A stretch of 64,000 bases of DNA from Eledone cirrhosa (Eukaryota), in NCBI GenBank assembly GCA_964016885.1, contig OZ024743.1, positions 33,046,001-33,110,000 on the forward strand. Reading direction: 5' to 3'. The position numbers were made by a program, and so were the translations under genes. Position 1 is the stretch's first letter; each line of letters opens with the position of its first letter. Positions 12,251 to 26,516 of the stretch are shown one piece after another. Under the pieces are notes generated by a model. The model saw nothing but the letters and a program-made list of their open reading frames with translations. It did not search any database and was not told the DNA's origin.

Positions 12251-13760
12251 TGCAATTACTTTGTTTTATCTCTGTCTTATTTTGTTTGTTATACTTAAAG
12301 GTAATCCACCTGACTTAGCCATTCTTAACTCAATTTTATTCTTTTATTCTTTCACTGGTTTCAATCATTAGACTGTGGCTATGCTGGGGTACTGTCTTGA
12401 AGAGATTAGACAATCATATTGACCCCAGTACTTTATTTCAACTTTAATTATTTGACCAATTTCTTTTTGTCGAACCTCTAAGTTAAAGAACATGAACACA
12501 CACACACACAATACATACACACACACACACACACACACACAATACACACAAGCACAAATATAGAGAGTTTACATGATTTCTTTGAAACCTTTCTTTTATA
12601 TGTGAAAGTCTTCCATCTAGTTCCATACACTCTATTGTAAAATCGTTTATTTGATTACATAGCTTGATCTTCTCCCATTTTATCTCTATTGTTACAATTG
12701 TTTGTGTTCGTGTGTTTATTACTTATTTTATCCTTTTTTTGTGTGTTTTGAATACTTCTGATATGCACATTAAATTTCTTTCTTTTTTTTCTGTTTTCTC
12801 CATTGTACAACAAATAACCAGACTCAAAACATTGTAGTAATCTATTTTGTTTAAATTAATAACAAATCTGTCAGAAGTAACATTTTCCTTGAAATTTGCT
12901 AGTTTGGGCCAGTCTATAGTATTTTATGCTCTCCCCTTGTTTGCCTTTTATATGTCTTGACTTTCCAATTTTAAAGTTGTCTTTCTTTCATCATTTGAAT
13001 TCTCAAAATCAAATCTTTTGGAAATTTCTAGACAGTCTGTAAATGTTCTCAGATATTTTATTGTCTTATCAATATCTATAGCAATTCTATATTTCTCTAA
13101 TACTCTTCAAACATTATAAATCAGAATGCAATTCAGGTGACAATATAATCAACATCATCCTTATCTTCATATTTTCATTTTTTTTTGCGTGCTGGCATGG
13201 GTTGGAGGAAACTGTTTCAAGGCAACATTCTATAGCTACATACCCTTCTTGATGCTCACTTGTTTTTAAGTACTTGTATTCATACTAATTACACCAGAGC
13301 TTCCAGGTTTTAACTATTATGATACTAAACCTAACAAGACTGGCACTGCTTCTATGAAACAAAAACCAGCCATTTTAAAGGATTTCTATTTGGATTAAAA
13401 TCTTGCAACATAAATTTATAGGCCCATATGTTGTTACTATCTTAGTAATAAAATAGTGGATAAGTTTAGTAAATCCCTAAATTTTTCATCAGTTAATTGA
13501 AATATGACCATAAAAGGGGGCTTTATTTTCAATTTGCTTTTAATTGTACATTGATTTCTTCAATAATTTTGATATATTGACATTTTGAAAAACAATTTCT
13601 GATGTCATAATCAATAAATTGTATCCATTTCATGTAACTAAAAGGTAGTAACATTTTTTTATGCAAGAATATGGAGAAAAAAAACTGCAAAAGAGGTGTC
13701 AATTATCTCCATCTATAAATCATAATTTTGTATTTTATGAAATGTTTGATAAAAATCTTT

Positions 13761-13929
13761 CTAGTATCGGTAGAGAGTCGAACGCCATGCTTTCCAGCAT
13801 AGTTACGTCCCTTTACGGTCAGAGTTCAAATCCGTCGAGGTTAACTTTGCCTTTCATCCTTACGGCGTCGATGTACCAGTAATGTACTGGGTATTTGTTG
13901 GCCTTGTGCCAAAAGTAGAAACAATTATT
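13761..13929 (+). mobile_element. tRNA-derived SINE, family A
   Basis: B-box gagttcaaatcc, core ttaactttgcctttcatcctt and 3' end gccttgtgccaaaagtagaaacaattatt. Confidence 0.8.
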
Positions 13930-13999
13930 TTAAGATATCATATTTGTCTCCAGTTGGTTCCATAGACAGAATATTTACTAAAATCAACAGTATTTCAAA

Positions 14000-14163
14000 T
14001 AATTGTTTCTACTTTTGGCACAAGGCCAGCAATTTATTTTATTTTATCGACCCCGTAAGGATGAAAGGCAAAGTTAACCTCGGCGGAATTTGAACTCAGA
14101 ATGGTAAGGGCCGTAAGTCTATGCGTCAAAGCATGGCGTCCGACCCTCTACCAATACTGCCAA
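14000..14163 (-). mobile_element. tRNA-derived SINE, family A
   Basis: Reverse complement of the same family. Forms an inverted pair with 13761-13929. Confidence 0.8.
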
Positions 14164-15762
14164 ATTTAAAATAATACATTTTTGACAGTTCCTATAAATC
14201 AATAAACGAACCAGATGAATAATGTTTAACAAGAAAATGATAAAATTAGAATTTGTCTTAATACTTATACATTTTGTTTTTGTTTTTAATTTTAAACTAA
14301 GTTAAATGTGATAAACAATAGTGAGGACTTTGATATATAATCCATATGAATGAATCTTTTCTTAAACTAACTTTTCCTAATTCTTTTATTCTATCTTGTC
14401 TTTTATTTTGAACAATGTCTTTCATAATAGCTTGTCCTTGACTATTTTTTCCACCTTCAAATATGTTTTAGTTAAATGGCCTGCTGTTTACGAGCAATTT
14501 CAAGTTTCATGTTTTTGTATTGCTAGCATTACACCACATTTATATACATTACATTTCAAAACCTTAAATCTCTTCAAATATTATCTAGACTTTATTGCTC
14601 AAACATATGTTTGGAATTTCTTTTAACATCTTGTCTCACTTCTCATCTCATCATAATGATGTTCTTAAGTCAATACTCTCATGAAATTTTAAAATTTTAT
14701 CCGTCCATAAATAAATGAAAGTGTGTCATTGGAGTATCTATTCTTTCCAAGTCAGACTGATGCTGCCATTTTCAACCTACAATCTGCAGTACTATTTGAT
14801 TGACTGCTCCATTCTTCCTCATACAATAGCTTTTTGGAATGGAGAAAATCACATAGGCTATACTTTCTGTCTAGGTAATTACTTTTGGTTAACCATAGTC
14901 TCCAGTAAACAAAATCTTACAATTTATCAAAGTTGAAAAGGAATTATTAAAACAAAATCCAATTGAAACTGACTGTGTAAAAAAAAAACTGAATCGGAAA
15001 AATATTTGAAATTTTCATTTACCCCCATACTATTTTAGACTATGATTAAGTATATTCACCTGAGAATGTCTTCTGATACTATACTCTATATATAATTAAC
15101 ATTAAAAGTAGTAGGATTACAGATTTCATATTCATTTGACTATATTAAAAATAATTTTTAGTTTTTTTTAATTTTTCTTTTAATGTCATTCAACAAGATC
15201 ACAGACCTCATCAAATCAGACCAAGGAAACAATGTTTCCATTAGTCTTCCCATTGCTTAAACTATTAACTAGTTGCAACTCCTGGCAGAAGGAGCAACAT
15301 GAAATAAGATATCTTGCTCAAGGACATAATGCATTGCCTCTAGTACAGGAATTGAACTCACAACCTCACAATTATGAATCCAATTCTCTAAACACTAAGC
15401 CACATGCCATATCTTCATTATCAATATTAAATCTTGAACCTTTGAATATTTTCACATATAAATTATGCATATGTTATCTATCTATATAATACTAAAACTG
15501 TGATTACTTGCTTGCTTGCTTGTCTGTAATGTAATACAGCCAAAAGGGCGTATAATGAGAAAATACTTTGAAAGGAAGTTGACCCTGAAATAGGAATACA
15601 AATGGAATAAAACAAATTTCATGTAAATTGGGGTACCTTCGTAAACAAAGAGAGAGAAAGATAGAGAGGAAGAGATAGTGGTTGTGACAGAGTAGGTTGA
15701 ATGAGAGACATAGAGAGAGGGAGAGGAGACAGAGAAGGAGACTGGAAGAGAGCTTCTGGTGT

Positions 15763-15810
<48 letters not shown>

Positions 15811-15814
<4 letters not shown>

Positions 15815-16080
15815 AAAGTTCTATTTAAAATTGTTGGGATACAACAAGTAAATATTTTATAACTGATATAAAGCACTCGACAAGTTTTTGGAGTAGATAT
15901 ACGATATTAAATAAATGGAAACTATATTTATAAAACCATATTTATTTCATTATACATATTTCAGGGATACCAAATTAAAATATGGTATGCCTTCATCAGA
16001 CAAAATACAATATATAAACATTTTTATAAATAATTTTGACGTACCCTATTAGATGCAACCATTATTTTTGGAAGCTGTCT
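15811..16080 (-). mobile_element. Penelope-like non-autonomous remnant with hammerhead, ending in (TA)n
   Basis: Homologous to 49295-49563 (+). Contains the hammerhead at 15953-16007. Confidence 0.6.
15953..16007 (-). ncRNA. Minimal type I hammerhead ribozyme, core intact
   Basis: tattttgt-CTGATGA-aggcatacca/tggtatccct-GAAA-tatgta-TA-atgaaata. Stem I, stem II and a short near-palindromic stem III are present, with an AUA cleavage triplet. Confidence 0.7.
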
Positions 16081-16317
16081 TATATATATATGTATGTGAG
16101 TGTGTGTATACGACCAGTGTATATAGATCACAGACACCTATATATATATATATATATATACATACACACATATATATGGGGCCTTCCAGTTTCATTTCAC
16201 ATTATATACATGTTTGTATATTTTAATTATTTAAAAATTATTTTTAAGTGAACATATTTTTTTTAATATTTTGAAGTGTACATGACCCGACGTGTCACAT
16301 GTGGTCTAGTTCTATAT

Positions 16318-16436
16318 AATTATTTCTACTTTTGGCACAAGGCCAGCAATTGTTTCAGTGTATTACTGGTACTTTATTTTATCGACCCCGTAAGGATGAA
16401 AGGCAAAGTTAACCTCGGCGGGATTTGAACTCAGAC
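16318..16436 (-). mobile_element. SINE family A, 5'-truncated
   Basis: Matches 14000-14100. Flanked by a direct repeat of tggtctagttctatataa (candidate TSD). Confidence 0.75.
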
Positions 16437-18399
16437 CATGGTCTAGTTCTATATAAAATTCATACATTGCATAGATTTCGTTCTTGTCTTTGTTCTTGTT
16501 TTTCCAATGAGTTAAGTAGTAGATTGTTTCTAAAAATTCAGAGATTTGACTGCAGCAAAGAATAATCAATCATGAGGGGGCAATGTTGATTTAAGCTAGG
16601 ATTACAGAGAAAAGTAAAATATGCTTTGCCTGATGACAAAGCCCATACTGCCAGAAGGTTAAGATTTCATCACATTTCGTTTTACTTGATAATGCATTAC
16701 TTTAACAGATGAACAATGTTTAATATTTGCAACTTACATGAACTGTACTTTACAATCCATTATAGCAATCAATATTGATATCTTCTGTGAGGTAAGTTAA
16801 CAAATATAGTAGAACATTAGACTAAATGCCTAACAATTCAAATTCCTCATGTTCAAATTCACTTTTCAACTAACCCAGTGGCTTATAATCTAAATGCCAG
16901 TTATATTATAAGGTTATTCAGTCCACCATCTACATTATAAACATGTTTTATTGTAAAAAGGGCAAGTGCTTTTTGTGGTTATGAAAACGGAAAATGAAGG
17001 GAAAGGCAAGTAAGTGCTCTAGGGTCACAGAGGAATGAGGAAGGGAAGTGGGAGCGTGATGGTCTATAAGTTGTTTCTCTGTCTGTCCGTCATAACATAT
17101 ATATAGGACGGGATAATGAGGAGGGTGAAACCTCATTGTTGTTGAGAGAAAGAGAGTGTGTGTGAAAAAGAGGGGGATCGTTTATGATGTCAGAATGAAA
17201 GTGATGATGAGAGCCTTAAAAAAAAAAGTGAAAAGTTATTGTTGTTGAAAGAGAAGTACAGTGAGAGAGAGAGTATGTGCGTGTTTGAAAGAGATAGATA
17301 GTTTAAAGCGTAATTCATCAATACGGTGACGTCATAATAACAAATTGACATATTTCATTAGGAAACGTTTTCTTTGAAGTTTACAAGGGTGTTTTAAGTG
17401 CAACGAGTGTGGAAATAAACGTGTGTGTGTGTCCTTCGACATATAAAACAAGGTAACTCAGACTTCAAAAGCAGACAATGACATTTGTCTGTCACACTTA
17501 AAGGAATATATATAATATTCATATATTCTATTATATATATTTCAAGGGTACCAAAAAACATTGGTACGCTTTCATATATATAATAGAATAAATATGGTTT
17601 TATAAATATAATATACATATAGTTATTTTTCCGATTGTTTGAGTGTGTGTGTATATATGTATTTTATCAACATAGCGATAGGTTTTACTAGTATTCAATG
17701 AACATTAACATTATGTATAGTCAAAGAAATCAGCATTACTTTTTTTTTACAATGACATCATTTCTTACAGAATTTTAAAATAATTAAATGTTATCAAATT
17801 AGTCTTGAAAATCTTGCAATACTTCTGGGAACTGTTGAGCACACACCAAGTTTCTACAGATCCATTGAAAATATTGCAGTACTCACACTTTCAACTGTCA
17901 ATATTGGCTTCCATCTTAGAAATTATGTAACATCCCACCTGAGAATATCAGTTTGCTTTCTTAATTTGAAAAATGAAATAACAAAAGAAAATCAAACATT
18001 CACATATTTTCATTGGAAAATGTTTGTCCATCAACTGTTCCATTATATATATATATATACCAGGGGTGGTGGAACAGGGGATCCGGGACAACCCCCCCCC
18101 CCCCCCCCCCCAATATGATATTTTCTTCGCAAACTACCAAGACACACATCTATTTGTATATGCGTTAAAATGTATGTACATGTCATGTTTATCACTTATC
18201 AAAGTTTTTTATATCTTGGTTGATATTTGATAATAACAGCTAAACTAATCACTACAACTAAATTGATCTAACCATTCCCTCTACTCATCACCTCTCAAAC
18301 CCCACCATACTTGTCATACATGCATAACATTATATTTATCTTCTTTCTTTTTTTTCCCCTCCAGAGAAGTGAGGGCTCTTCAGTTGGGACAATATCCCA

Positions 18400-18802
18400 A
18401 AACCTCTCTAGTACTGACCTTGTGAAAATGCACCCAGTGCACCCTGTAAAGTGGTTTGCAATAGGAAGGGCACCCACTGAGAAGCCATGTCAAAAAATGT
18501 CGAAAAGGACCTTTCAGTTGTGTCAGTTGCTGGATATACACATCCAGTACACACTGTAATGTAGTTGATGATAAGAAGGGCATCCAGCCATAGTAAGCTT
18601 TCCAAACAGTTGTTTCAAAGACATGACAGTTGCCCTTGTGACAGTGTCATGGTAAAATGCACTCAGTAGATCATATGTAAGCAAGATGCAGGTCTTCAGC
18701 CCATCTCTGAGGTCAGTTATTCTACTTGAGTACCGAGTCAGTCTGTGAAGCTCTGTCCAACCCCTGTTATCAGAAAATTTGTTGAATGATGACGATGATG
18801 AT
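18400..18802 (+). mobile_element. RTE-3'UTR-related repeat with (GAT)n tail
   Basis: ctgtaaagtggtt...ggaagggca motifs and a gatgacgatgatga tail. Similar copies at 19330-19530 and 19740-19980. Confidence 0.6.
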
Positions 18803-21772
18803 TAGACAATTCCATTTCCTGTTACTGGACCAAATCAATGCTTTTTGAAGCTGCCATATGAATATTTTCTACTCTTATTTGCTTAAATTTCTGGCTTCTC
18901 TTCACACATTCTCTTTTAATTTATTTTATATCCACAATATCCCTTTCCTCATTAAGTTTACTGAATCTTTCTTGTCAGTTTGATTTTGAATTTGGTTTTG
19001 TTAGACACAGCTTTAAAAGTAGACAAATAATCTTAGACTTTCATGAATACAAAGTGCTTCTTTGATTATTGTTAAACACTATTATGCCCAGACACACAAT
19101 TTACAAATAGCCATTCACACTCGTACATACATATAAACGGCTGCAATCAAATTATGTACATATCTAAGAGAGTGCACTTATGCAGATTTAAAATGGACAT
19201 ATTTAAATATAAAAATGATGTTGCAAACCTCAATTTAGATGCATATATAAAATTTTGCTATATTTGCTGTGTGTATTATAATAAGGTTTGGCTCCACTAT
19301 ACATACATATATATATATGTGTGTGTGTCCACCCTGTAAATGTGGTTGGATCTAGAAAGGGCATCTAGCTGTAAAAACCCCGGCCAAATTTACAGTCCCA
19401 TTGGAGCAAGGTACAGCATGCCCAATCCTGGCCAGACTTGTCTCTTGACACAGACGACCCATCTGAACCATGCAAGCATGGAAAAATGAACGTTAAATGC
19501 TTATGATAATGATAATGATGATGGTGATGTATAATTTTTCTCAAGAAACTGAATGTCATGAAGGCGGTGACATAGGACCAAGCTGACTGGTAATATACCT
19601 TAATAGAAAAGACCCATACACCAGTCAAACACTGTGACACTAAAATAAATGTGGTGAGAGACTAGAGGCTGCAGTGTTGGCGATCAAATGATATTAATAT
19701 AAGGTTTGAGCAGACCTTTCGGTCTGGCCTCACATGTGACAACCTCTCTAGTGCTGGTGCTGTCATAAAACACACCCAGTCATTCTGTAAAGTGGGAGTT
19801 GTGGTGCCATGAAAAACTGCACCCAAGTGGCTGGTATTAGGAAGGGCATCCAGCTTTGGAAACCATACCAAACGTGGAACATAAGAGTATGATGGGCCGA
19901 TCCAATCCATATGATCATGTACCCTGACAACCCATCCAACGCATGCCAGCGTGAAAATCTGAAACAAACCATGATGATACCCCCCAGACACACACACACG
20001 CATACTCACACCATAATCAATCTGTTAGTAGTCATAATTTCCATCTCTAGTTTCTGATTTGTCAATATATGTGATATAGGAGACAAGGTCTCTAATAGAA
20101 ATGATTTCGTAGAAATTGTCATATTTTCTTAACTTAATACTATTTCATGTATGTTTCATCTCTAAATTACTCTCTAGATCAAACTTCTTCATGATAATAT
20201 GGATACCACATTCACATTTTATCATTCCATTTATTCTTTTACTGGTTTCAGTCATTAGCTTATGGCGATTGTGGAGGCACTGCCTTGAAGGGATTTTATT
20301 TGATCATATCAACCCTAGTATTTATTCTTTTCAAGTCTGGTACTTATTTTATCGATCTGTCTTCGCTGAAATGCTAAGTTACAACAGTGTATGTAACCCC
20401 AGACACACACACATCGAAATACACAGATATAAACACACACACACAAACTATTTTATATATCTAGAGAGAGAGATATAAGAATAACATTAAAATAGATGCT
20501 GATATTACATAAATCGTTTTATGTAATATCAGCATCTTTTTTCATGTTAGTCTGATACTGAATCTCCATCGTAATTAACTACACACTACGAATGTAGAGA
20601 GCTTTCCCCTACGTACTCCTGTTTTTTTACTAAAACAACTTTTACTGAACATGTATATATATCGAAGGCCATGCGTTGTCCTTTCTCCGATACAACTCTT
20701 TCCCCTCGGAACCCCCACCCCCATCGATGGATGTGAAATCCAAAATATAGGGATTACTAAATCGCTTCCAAGGTAACTTTATCTCTTGTTGCCTTTTTAC
20801 ACCTTTCTTACGTTCTCTACTTCTCTTTCTATGCTTCTTTCTACTCCCTTTCATCTCACTACCACCTGATTTTGTTCCCCAGAGATTTGCCCATCTGCAT
20901 TGTTGAGGCTTCCAAAACAACTATTATATATATATATATATATATATAAAAGTTTACGCAAGTTGATAAATCAATGATATTAAACAAAGTGTAATGCAAA
21001 GCCGAAATGTGATTTAATAGTCCGCAGCAAGATAGGTAAAAGACAGTTCAGAGTTTAATCCAATCAGTTAATTTCCAAATGTTTCTATCAATACAGTAAG
21101 ATGTTTTATCATTCATTTTTCTCTGTACTGATTTCTTCTAATTCATTAAACAATATAAATAACATTTTACCTTCAATATCAGACATCTTCAATGCAAAAA
21201 TGTAAACAAGTTAAATTATTTACATGCATTGGGACTGAACTCCAAATCACATTGTTGTGAAACAAACTCCTTAACACCATATCCATGGTTAATTAGCTGG
21301 ACATCTTTAGATTTGATACAAATTACCTATGAGATGAATAATAGTGTTTCAGATTGAACTAATGTAAAAATATATATTAGATGGTGATCCTTTGACATAT
21401 GCCACCCAAAATTTTTCCAACTGTAAAAGCCTGAATTCTACCTAAGTAACTTGCAAGTAGTTGTGCTATGAATATATTTTGAAAATAAATACAGTCAACA
21501 ACTTTTGGAAGGAAGTATTTATCAAGCTTAAATGAAATCCATAGTTTTGATATGAAAATGAGGAAGAGTGTTTTAGAGTGTAGGTGAGTATGATGGGAAC
21601 ACCAGGAAAATCATTTATAAGTGTAAGCTAATTGAAATGTCAGATTGTTCAGAATTGTGATTTGTCAGGGAATAGAAGTGTTAAAAAGAAAGTTAGAAGC
21701 AAAATAATTTGTAGAGCAGTTGGCCCTGATGATGAGTTCCATTATTGATCAAATGCAGTTTTGTAAAAAATA

Positions 21773-21831
<59 letters not shown>

Positions 21832-23128
21832 ATAGAACAATGAAAAAAAAAAGAAAAAAAAAATTGTTTCTACAAAAAATAGAAAAAAAAATAATGTAGA
21901 AAAGACAGTTGCAATAGACCAAAATGCGTGTTTTCAGTTGGCAAGGGAATTGAGTTTGTTAGTCATTAACCGAATAAGAGTATTTTTTTATCCTTTACAA
22001 TGAAGCAAATCGTGACAAAATATTATTTCGGCAGAATATGAAGTCTTCCACAATGCACCATGGAATTTAATGAACACCTTTTAGTATGTAATTGATTGTA
22101 ATATTTAATATAATTTTCTAGATTTTTAACTGTCTTTTTTTAATAGATATTCGTGTTCTTATGCCTTCCTCCAAAATAATGCTGTATGTTCCTAAAAACT
22201 ATTCTACGATAGAGACGAGCTTACATCCTAATAGGAGCAGAAGTAATAGAGATTAATTAATACTTTGCTATTCACCATAAGATGAATACAGAACTCATGA
22301 TGAGATATGGCTATTATTCTTAAATTTCTGACAATATATGACAATAACTTTTATAAACAGTGCTTGTTAAATATATGTGATTGCACTTAGTATGAACACT
22401 GAATTTATTTGCTCATACTTAATGAAAAATTATATAAATACATAATAGGAGTTAGTTGATACTGAAATACAATCATTAATCAATGACAGATATTTAAATG
22501 AAACAGTTATGAATGTTGATTAGGTGTTTAAGACCCATGTGGATATTGCAGGTGTAAAGATAGAGGGAAAGGAGAGACAAAGAGTAAGAAAGGATGAAAC
22601 AATGATAGCAGCGCTGATAAGTAGTCCAAATGTGGATAATTAGACTAAAAATATATGAGAAAAAATAATAATAAAGCATTACACAAAAGGACTAGTACCT
22701 GAAATATGGGGAAAACCTGGGAAAAAATACCTACTGAAAGAAAAGGAAGAGGAAAATATTAGATAATAAATATTGAAATATATAGCTGGAGATAAAGAGT
22801 AGAATGGCTGAAAAATAGTTTATGAAAATGATGGAGGATAAACTCCAAATATATGGCATTGCCATATTTAATTGATATATTAGTGGTAGTTGCAGTAAAT
22901 ATTGTAAGCTTAGTAAAAGTAGCCTATGTCAATATGTATATGATTTCTTACATTTATTGGAGTATTAAGCAAATTGTTACTATCTAGCATCATATATCTG
23001 GTTAGTGTACTACTGCAATCTTATATTTTTACTAATTGAATTCATTTCAGTTAACTCTTTTTTGGCATTCAATTTTGATAATAGTAATCATACATATTAG
23101 ATGTTTGTTACAGTATTTTATACAGAAG

Positions 23129-23170
<42 letters not shown>

Positions 23171-23980
23171 TGTGTGTGTGTGTAGACAAACTGATAAATA
23201 TATTTGTTATAGTGTTTCTTCTCAAATAGCTTAACATTTTCTCAGTACTGTTAAAATATTGGAAAAGTGATTTAGTTTTGTTTCCCATTTTTGCAAAAGC
23301 ATTGTGTGTTATTGACTTTATAAATAGGACATTATATTACTATGTGATGTTTATTGTCATTTGTATGTGGCTATAAATTATTGTAGCCCTGTCTTGGGTG
23401 AATTCAATAATTTTTACAAGCTAATATTGAGTTTACATCATGAAAAGAAATGATTGTTTTCAGTTTATATTCATGTATATATGTATAAGTTTACATTACA
23501 TCCTCATTCTCATTTAAAATTCTATCGCTATTTTTCCTTGATATCTGTTAAATAGCACTGTAGTATAGCTTTTTTTCTAGCTTATTCAGTATTTGTTTTT
23601 TTTTGCTCTATAAGCAAATGTCTGAGGGATGACATTGGGTTGCATAATTAACTTAGTTGTTCATATCCACACAGTTGCCAGCTTCCACAACTCTATATAA
23701 TGCCTTGATAGTAACTGTTGAAAAGAATTTTCAACCCTTTTGATACCAAGCTGCCTGAAACCTCCCTAATTTTATGATATACAGCTTCTCATTTTAAAGA
23801 GTTCATACTGAAATTACATTATGATGGAAGGTTTTAATATAAGAAATTTTTGTTAAGTAATGTTTCAAACACTAGCTTACTAATTAACTGTTTAGTTATC
23901 TCATACAATTTCTCAAATTTTCGAAATTAATTGATACACATAGTCAGTGTAATTCATTTAGAAATGCAGAAATAAAAGAA

Positions 23981-24183
23981 TTAACCCTTTAGCATTTAAA
24001 CCAGTCATATCTGGCCAGAATTCTCTATTCTCTTTCTGTTCAGACTGACTTTAACTGGTCACTTATACTGATGTTAAGGTATTGTTCTCAAAATAAATAA
24101 TATCAAAATCTCATAGATCCCATATGTGTGAAATAATTAGTAAATATAGTAAATATAGAGTAATGTAACAACTAAAGGGTTAA
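23981..24183. mobile_element. piggyBac-like MITE (family 2) inserted in the TTAA of a family-1 MITE
   Basis: TTAA-CCCTTTAG...CTAAAGGG-TTAA termini. Related copies at 37040-37470 and 39962-40190. Confidence 0.8.
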
Positions 24184-24822
24184 ACATGATTTGAAATCAG
24201 TTGAATCTGGCCGGGAAATAATTTTCAATATACTAATCACTTGAAAGCACAATATAGACTGCTTTACGTTTTCTGTTTGTAACTGATGAGGCCAAATCCA
24301 TTAAATATGATTTGATATGATGAGATAATTATGTGAGGTAAAGCCTTTACCATAAAATTACAATAGTAAATATAAAGTAATGTAAATACTTAAGTTTGTC
24401 AAGTTTTTAATGTCAATATCAATGTGTAAGAATATATTAAATCTTATAGCAAAGGCATTTGTGGATGAAAAGCAAAGTTAAGAAGAGAGAACAAGATCAT
24501 CCCTTAGCAAATTTTAATTTCAATCTTAGATTCTTAGCAACATTATAGAGAACTGTACATTCAAACAAAATAAACAAAAATCCATGGTAATTGTTAACAT
24601 GGTTTTATTCACATTCTCTACAGATCGATGAATCAGTGACAACTTATATCGACCACAATAAAATGTAGATATGATATGAAGTTTCATATTTGGCATCAAG
24701 AAAATGATATACAGAAATGATGAATATAAAAGATATACTCAAAAAGAGTAAAATGTTACAGTTACTTACTAGGAAGGAATATTACAGATATAGAAATGAA
24801 TGCAACATTCTAAAATACCACA

Positions 24823-24857
<35 letters not shown>

Positions 24858-24891
24858 TTACAATAATCAAAGTTCAGTTTAAATCATTTAT

Positions 24892-24940
24892 TTGCTTACA
24901 ATTGTTTCCTCCAAACCGAGGTTTGGATTCTTCGGAGCAA
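24892..24940 (-). ncRNA. Minimal type I hammerhead motif (U4C variant)
   Basis: ttgct-CCGAAGA-a tccaaacc tc ggtttgga g-GAA-AC aatt GT-A-agcaa. Perfect 5-bp stem I, 8-bp stem II, palindromic stem III and GUA triplet. Confidence 0.6.
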
Positions 24941-25314
24941 CTATTTAGTGATCTATAACATACTTGACCTCCTTTTCAACACAAGAGACATATAAAAACA
25001 TATGCATATATTGACCCACAGTGGGTTGACATCCATCATAACGATATAGCATGGCAATTTACATATAAAGGTTAAAGGATAAAAATAAAAATAAAAATAA
25101 AAATAAAAATAAAAATAAAACATTGGCAGTTTATGAAGATAAAGCAAGAGGAAAGTTTAGAGTAGTCAGTGTATGAAACAATCTCACGTGTAGCATGCAC
25201 GCGTGTCTTATTTATACAGGATTAGAGTGCGGCAGATTGTTATATATATAAATGGAAAAAATGAAACGAAATTTCATTTCTCACTCTTAGTATATGCATA
25301 AATACTTATATTTA

Positions 25315-25349
<35 letters not shown>

Positions 25350-25430
25350 GTGTATATAATGGTAGCTATGGTGCTTCTATAGGCGGTATGCCAAAATTAG
25401 CACTCAATATTCTTACAGAGCAGTGTGTGA

Positions 25431-25548
25431 ATAGTATAAAAAAACGAAAAATCAGTGATGCATCTGGACTCAGTTTATTGCGAAACAATTGTAACACGCA
25501 ATAAACTGAGTCCAGATGCATCACTGATTTTTCGTTTTTTTATACTAT
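25431..25548. repeat. Perfect inverted repeat with ~62-bp arms (Penelope-like inverted 3' end)
   Basis: atagtataaaaaaacgaaaaatcagtgatgcatctggactcagtttattgcg plus its exact reverse complement. The spacer holds a hammerhead half (GAAAC aatt GTA). Followed by (TA)n. Confidence 0.85.
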
Positions 25549-25831
25549 ATATATATATATGTATATATACACACAAACACACCCCTCATATATACGCATA
25601 TATGTGTGATATGAGTATTTGGTTGTGAGTCAACAAGGAAACTAATAGAATATATAAGTGTGTGGGGGTATCTATATGCATGGTTTGTACAGATATAAGA
25701 ATGAACAAATCATGTATGTATGTAGAATATGCAAGTGGGTTTTATGATGTGTGTTCATCACAAAAGTGGGTATTTTGCATACAAAACACCCATGCATATA
25801 AGATTTTACATTCCTGAATACACCCCATCCC

Positions 25832-26125
25832 ACTGCAAAGTGGTCGTGGAGGTGCCATGGCAAAAAAGCACCCAGCCCACACTGTAAAGTGGTCGTGGAG
25901 GTGCCATGGCAAAAAAGCACCCAGCCCACACTGTAAAGTGGTCGTGGAGGTGCCATGGCAAAAAAGCACCCAGCCCACACTGTAAAGTGGTCGTGGAGGT
26001 GCCATGGCAAAAAAGCACCCAGCCCACACTGTAAAGAGGACGTGGAGGCACCATGGCAAAAAAGCACCCAGCCCACACTGTAAAGTGGACGTGGAGGCGC
26101 CACGGAAAAAAAGCACCCAGCACTC
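25832..26125 (+). repeat. 49-bp minisatellite x6 inside an RTE-3'UTR-related element (element continues to ~26241)
   Basis: Unit actgtaaagtggtcgtggaggtgccatggcaaaaaagcacccagcccac starts at 25832, 25881, 25930, 25979, 26028 and 26077. It is followed by ggtgttaggaagggcatc and a (GAT)n tail. A single-unit copy lies at 32812-32973. Confidence 0.9.
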
Positions 26126-26516
26126 ACTGTAAATGAGGTTGGTGTTAGGAAGGGCATCTAGCTGTAGAAATCAAGCCAGAATCAGTTCCCGTATGAGCAA
26201 GTCATGGTCAGCCGAACGGATGTAAAACAGTGATGATGATGAATACCATCTTCTTGACAAGTAAATCAGCCAGTTTGTAAAATAAAAAAGTTTCTTATAG
26301 AATTATTTATTAGTTATGAAAATGTTGGAGTATCCGTAGATTTATTAAAAGGCCATCTGATGAGCTCTGACTGGTTCTTGAGAGAACTCAGCAATGAGTT
26401 CTTCTAGCTAAAGGAATGATTGTTGAGCTGGTTGCTGTTCTGTATTGTGGTATCTGGCTTGCCAATAAAAGCTGTATATGAGCTGATGATTTCATAACTG
26501 GTCTACTATCTGTGCT

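Noticed and set aside
17327-17334. Perfect CRE palindrome TGACGTCA near a TATAAAA
   Set aside because: One 8-mer in 64 kb is compatible with chance, and no linked transcript is evident.
24283-24300. Isolated CTGATGA motifs (also at ~16631, 21726 and 26358)
   Set aside because: There is no correctly placed stem II and GAAA.
25832-26125. CRISPR-like regular array
   Set aside because: The units are contiguous near-identical repeats without unique spacers, there are no cas genes, and the context is a eukaryotic retroelement.
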